Source: Tubiluchus corallicola
Taxonomy: Eukaryota; Animalia; Priapulida
Reading direction: 5' to 3'
DNA length: 64,000 bases
Assembly (NCBI GenBank): GCA_030141605.1
Contig: JAQGDQ010000373.1
Span: forward strand, 124,001 to 188,000
The notes beneath the pieces were generated by a model. It did not search any database and was not told where the DNA came from. It saw only the letters and a program-made list of their open reading frames with translations. Below are positions 58,833 through 64,000 of the stretch, in pieces. The translations under genes and the position numbers were made by a program. Each line of letters starts with the position of its first letter. Positions within the stretch are counted from its first letter, which is position 1.

Positions 58833-59344
58833 AGTGACAACAGAAAATTACAACGTTTAATACTTAAAACGTAATAGAATGTTGGTAATGCTTTTCTATT
58901 TTACGATGTAGAGGCAGCTGTTAGCCTGCTCCAGGAGTTGATTTACGTGCGTGTGCACTGTACAAGCTCTAGATCGATTACATGCGTCTGGAATCTTAAA
59001 GCTCAGCGGTGCGGAAGCTGGCGGGGAGTCACTGAACCATGAAGCTAGAAATAGGCTTCATGATCAAGATCACGATAATCTCAGCCAGAAGTTTTGCAGA
59101 CGCAAAGCGTTGTGTCTTGTTAGATGTATGATATTCTGCTTGCAGTCAATCTCTGTTCAATAATAAACAATATCAGACTGTTTGTCTGTATGTCTGTCTA
59201 CGGTTTCCTGTCGAAGGGCCATGGTACAGCATCAGCATCAATGTTGTATCTAACTCCAGGCATTCATAACTCATTGCCCATACGTTAGTTTGTTTAACAA
59301 GAGGGCCTACAGGAGACGCCAGGATCAATTTCCAGAACCGTAAA

Positions 59345-60038
59345 TGATAATTCAATGTCTTTCATTTCAACACGAACTTGAAAAAGCCTCGCTATTCGTT
59401 GGTAGTACAGCAGTCAGTACCAAGAGATTCATTATCAGTTGCAAATTTATGTCTCATAACAGAGATTATGTTTAGTTTCATGCTGTGAGTCTGATAATTC
59501 AATGTCTTTAATTTCAACACGAACTTGAAAAAGCCTCGCTATTCGTTGGTAGTACAGCAGTCAGTACCAAGAGATTCATTATCAGTTGCAAATTTATGTC
59601 TCATAACAGAGATTATGTTTAGTTTCATGCTGTGAGTCTGATAATTAAATGTCTTTCATTTCAACGCGAACTAGAAAAAGTCTCGCTATTCGTTGGTAGT
59701 ACAGCAGTGCCAAGAGATTCATTATCAGTTGCAAATTTATATCTGGTAACAGAGATTATGTTTAGTTTCATGCTGTGAGTCTGATAATTAAATGTATTTC
59801 ATTTCAACGCGAACTTGAAAAAAGCCTTGCTATTCGTTGGTAGTACAGCAGTGCCAAGAGATTCATTATCAGTTGCAAACTTATGTCTAGTAACAAAGAT
59901 TATGTATAGTTTCATGCTGTAAGTCTGATAATTCAATGTCTTTAATTTCAACACAAACTTGAAAAAGCCTCGCTATTCGTTGGTAGTACAGCAGTGCCAA
60001 GAGATTCATTATCAGTTGCAAATTTATGTCTCATAACA
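59345..60038. repeat. 143-147-bp tandem repeat, ~4.8 copies
   Basis: GATAATT unit starts at 59346, 59493, 59640, 59783, 59927. Confidence 0.96.
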
Positions 60039-60548
60039 TAAAATAATATAATTTTTAAGGCGATTTTTCTGAAACCTATTTCAGGTGCCCCCTTTCGTGT
60101 CCTTTAAGCCTTTCAATTTACTGTAAAAGTTATTTATCAACTCATTAGAATTTTATAGTACAAATGACAACTACTTCTTACAAAATCATACACCGGGGAG
60201 CTACAAAAGAGATCGCTACCAAGCCATATATAACCTTTGCAATTCGTACAACACTGTTTCCGAAAGTATTGATTTTATATTTGAACGATCTATGCCGGGT
60301 CAACGTACCCGCATTCAAACTAATCTCAAAATGTATCCTACGTAATATGCACTGGATACATTAAAATTAGATGCATGTCTGATTGTGTGCGAGACGTGGG
60401 CTATATTTCATGACTCTGTCTGGCGAGCCTAGATTACTGTCAACACAGCTTGTCAAATTTAGACAAATGTGTGTACAATGCACACGATGAAAGGAAGCTC
60501 TTTTAAAATCTAACCAATTTCATCAAACGTGGTATCGACTTAATTTAA

Positions 60549-61226
60549 AGCACAAGAAAACCTTCCACTTACATAAAGCTTAAAAAAATTCGTCTTGAAA
60601 TTTTATACCAGTTACGAACTGCCTTTTTGCATGCAGGGCTTTACGTCGGCAGTAACGCTGTATAAAACTTGTAAATTTAAACTCCCGCGATGACCGATGA
60701 CATTTTGACGACAGGTCTTTTGAAACAAGTTTAGATAACATTTTGGAAAGTTTGAAAAAATAATCAGAGCATTCGTAGTGCACACATCACTAACTAAATG
60801 AAATTTTAAATTACTGTATCTTGTCAATAAGATTAAAAATACGTTTTTGGTTAGTGAGTGGTGCATCCTGGAGGGTGAGTCAGCGACATTTTAAGAATTG
60901 GTGAAAGTATTTTAAAGAATTAATAATTTTCTTTTCTAGTTAAGTGTAAGTCTTTCCAGCAGGTAAAACAAAAAGCTAAGTAACACAACTTTGCATGGAA
61001 AGTTTCTGGGACATAATTAAACATTGCCTTTTCTTCCCGATTTACGTTGTGCGTATATGACGTCATGTTATGGCATCGTCGGAGAAGTATTGCGGGAGAT
61101 TCAAAATGAAAACAAACAAAAATTACTTTTAACGCGAGTATGATATATGCATAAAAATGCTGTGAAGTACTATAATTTTCAAGGCGATTTTTCCGAAACC
61201 TACTTCGGATACCCCTTTTTGGTCCT
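60549..61226. mobile_element. Kolobok-like MITE family G, copy 3
   Basis: TTAA flanks; homologous to 25317-25967. Confidence 0.87.
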
Positions 61227-62118
61227 TTAAAGGTTAGCCGCTAAATAGTCAGTCAGTAAGAGCCTGTTTAGACTAGATATGAGATTGTGTGTAGGCTGTT
61301 CTTCGTAAATCAGACAGCTGCCTGTGTTGTTTGTCAGTCGAATGTGACTAATTCATTCATTCTGTCTTAACTCGTCATATGGTCACAGGACTATTACTCA
61401 ATGTAGCTGAATCGCGTTAAGCGTCGTGTTAGTTCAAAAGTCCAAACTGTCAACATCTAGTATCGTGCTTACTGGAGTGATGATTAAGTTTCCACGAGTC
61501 ATATGATATATGCATAAAACTGCTGTAAAGTACTATAACTTTTAAGGCGATTTTCAAGAAACGTACTTCAGGTACCCCTTTTCTTGTCCTTTAAGCGTAG
61601 GGGATACTACTGGCATACGAACGACTTTGGTTGACGCACTAACATAGTACTAGTAGTCACTACCGCCCGGAATTTCGATTTTTCTAGATTATGGCGAAAT
61701 ATACGCCACTTTCTACTTATGCTCACAACCTTGCGTAACCTTGCGTAACCAGTCGCAGGTGCTGACAAGTCCAAGCTCCTAAATTATGCAGAGAATCTCC
61801 TTGTTTAGACGATCAACTTCAAATGTTTATATGTTTACTGCACAGACATGAAAGCCACCCAACACTCTCTGCACGACAGCTGTTTAAATTAAAACAAAAA
61901 GCTCGCCTTCAAATGCAGAGCGTGTTTCTTTACATAGTAAATCAGCAAGTTTAAATAATGTTCCTGAGCCACGGAAGAGTATCAGCTTCACAGTTGATTG
62001 AAAACACTGTAAATTACGTCACATTCGAGTTCAACTGTACTGTCGTTCAAATGGTCTCTCTCTACATCCACCCCTCTCTCACACACACTAAATCAATCCG
62101 TCCCTCTCTACATCCATC

Positions 62119-62163
<45 letters not shown>

Positions 62164-62659
62164 CATTCTTCTTCCCCCTCTATTGAAGGACTCTTCCGCA
62201 TGTCATTTTTAACTTTCTGAAGCACCACCTTATTTCACAAACCAAATAAATTTCTACATGTTGGACGCATTTTGATAAATCTTATGACATTAACACCAAG
62301 AAAAAGCACTTGTTTAGCAACGATGATACAATGAACGCTAAAGCAATTCATCCTAGCCAACAGTAACTTAGTCCATTCCGTTTTCCATTCTTTCTTAATA
62401 ACCATCGAAGAAAAAATGCGAACAGCAGCCTAATCCTGACCCGACATAGAAAAAAACTTATTGGCTGTCATGAATGGTGTACACGTCTCTCTCTCGACAA
62501 ACAGATTTGGGTCATTTACTATTGTACGCGCCCAAGGAGCAGGTTTCGACTAGAACCACTCTGACTGCTAAAGACGTTTGAAAGCTCTCAGCAGATACTG
62601 AAGCCAGACGTTACTGTGAATTAGCTAATGTTTGCACAAGGGCTTGCTGAAGCCAAGCT

Positions 62660-63320
62660 ATTCAGAAGACATGTGCCAAGAACAACGCCATCGATCTATC
62701 AGACAAGACATACGTCCAGAACAATTCAATCGATTTAGACGCCTAGAACAATGTGATCGATCTATCAGACAAGACATGCGTACAGAACAATGCAATCGAT
62801 TTATATGCCTAGAACAATCAGACAAGACATACGTCCAGAACAATTCAATCGATTTAGACGCCTAGAACAATGTGATCGATCTATCAGACAAGACATGCGT
62901 ACAGAACAATGCAATCGATTTATATGCCTAGAACAATCAAACAAGACACACGTCCAGAACAAAGCAATCGATCTATCACACAAGACGCACGTCCAGAACA
63001 ATGCAATCAATTTATATGCCTAGAACAATGCAATCGATCTATCACACAAGACATGCGTCCAGAACAATGCAAACGATTTATATGCCTAGAACAATGCAAT
63101 CGATCTATCACACAAAACACACGTCCAGAACAAAGCAATCAATCTATCAGACAAGACACACGTCCAGAACAATGCAATCGATCTATCAGACAAGACATGC
63201 GCCCAGAACAATGCAATCGATTTACATGCCTAGAACAATGCAATCGATCTATCATACAAGACACACGTCCAGAGCAATGCAATTGATTTATAGGACGAGA
63301 ATAATGCAATCCATCGATTA
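62660..63320. repeat. Compound minisatellite of interleaved units sharing AGAACAATGCAATCGAT
   Basis: Direct inspection. Confidence 0.93.
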
Positions 63321-64000
63321 ATACCAGCTTATACCACAACAATACTAGTTAATCAATGCGAATAACGCGTCTGTTGATTTAGGCGAGGATTTTGACGAAG
63401 ACCGCGTCACTCTGGGTAAACAAAGTCTGCTGCGTTAACAACTAGCAAACAAAATACGACAGACGCTGTAAGAGTTTACATAGACGCAACATTTAATTTA
63501 ATATAACCGTTCCAGCTCAACCTTACGAGAAAATTGATGGTATTTAGTGTTATTCGTAACAGCTGGTGAGGTACTGCTTGGTAAGCACGGTCTAATGAAT
63601 TACCAAGTACTGTACCTCTCAGTTCAGATGTGTTAGTCTGTGATGAACTGCACACGTTCTACAGCTCATGCGTGAGCAGAGTAGTAAATGTGAAATTTGA
63701 ATTTTTATCTTAAAATTTGCCTAGTTTAAGTACAACACACTGAATATCTTACAGTAGCACTGTACTTGGTTTTCTCTTTCGCAAACACGTGCAACACACG
63801 CTACGTCATTTGAAAAAGTTTAAATAACACTGAGCAAAGTTTGAAGCATGTAAAGTTGTACATGTATGTCAAGTGGTAGGTAACATAACTCTGGTTACAG
63901 AAGAGAGCGGTCAAAACCGGCATCAGCTGACCGAACTTAGACCTGATAATCACCACGTGGACACTGGTCAACGAACTTTAATGAAGATCAAGTGCGTTAG

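Noticed and set aside
62632-63342. Cys/Arg-rich repeat ORFs
   Set aside because: Translation of a compound minisatellite
44713-64000. First kinase exon (GRGSFKTVY...VAWCELQ) or a nested gene
   Set aside because: No such peptide seen in any ORF or by manual reading; region treated as intron

Overview
Eukaryotic (intron-rich, invertebrate-animal-like) genomic DNA. The whole window lies inside one gene on the minus strand, a WNK (With-No-lysine[K]) Ser/Thr kinase. I traced 18 GT-AG exons by hand from 44712 down to 151. They join in one continuous frame of 5955 nt (1985 codons): kinase domain minus its first exon, PF2/CCT-like autoinhibitory domain, coiled coil, second CCT-like domain, three RFxV motifs, Q/P/S-rich disordered regions and an unusual 1779-nt exon. 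The first kinase exon (G-loop) lies beyond the right edge, so 44713-64000 is intron. The conserved WNK C-terminal coiled coil was not seen and probably lies beyond the left edge. Introns are packed with non-autonomous DNA transposons (hAT-, Tc1/mariner-, piggyBac- and Kolobok-like MITEs), a Meta-core tRNA SINE, decayed LINE and Penelope ends, and many minisatellites, including a 2.1-kb array of 20-bp units. The most interesting signals are in RNA processing: frame-preserving candidate cassette exons and microexons, two staggered inverted MITE pairs bracketing a phase-symmetric kinase exon block (possible stop-free circRNA), a long intronic fold-back hairpin, and a MITE carrying amplified RFX X-box motifs. 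I found no prokaryotic-type system such as CRISPR. Exon numbers below count only the exons in this window.
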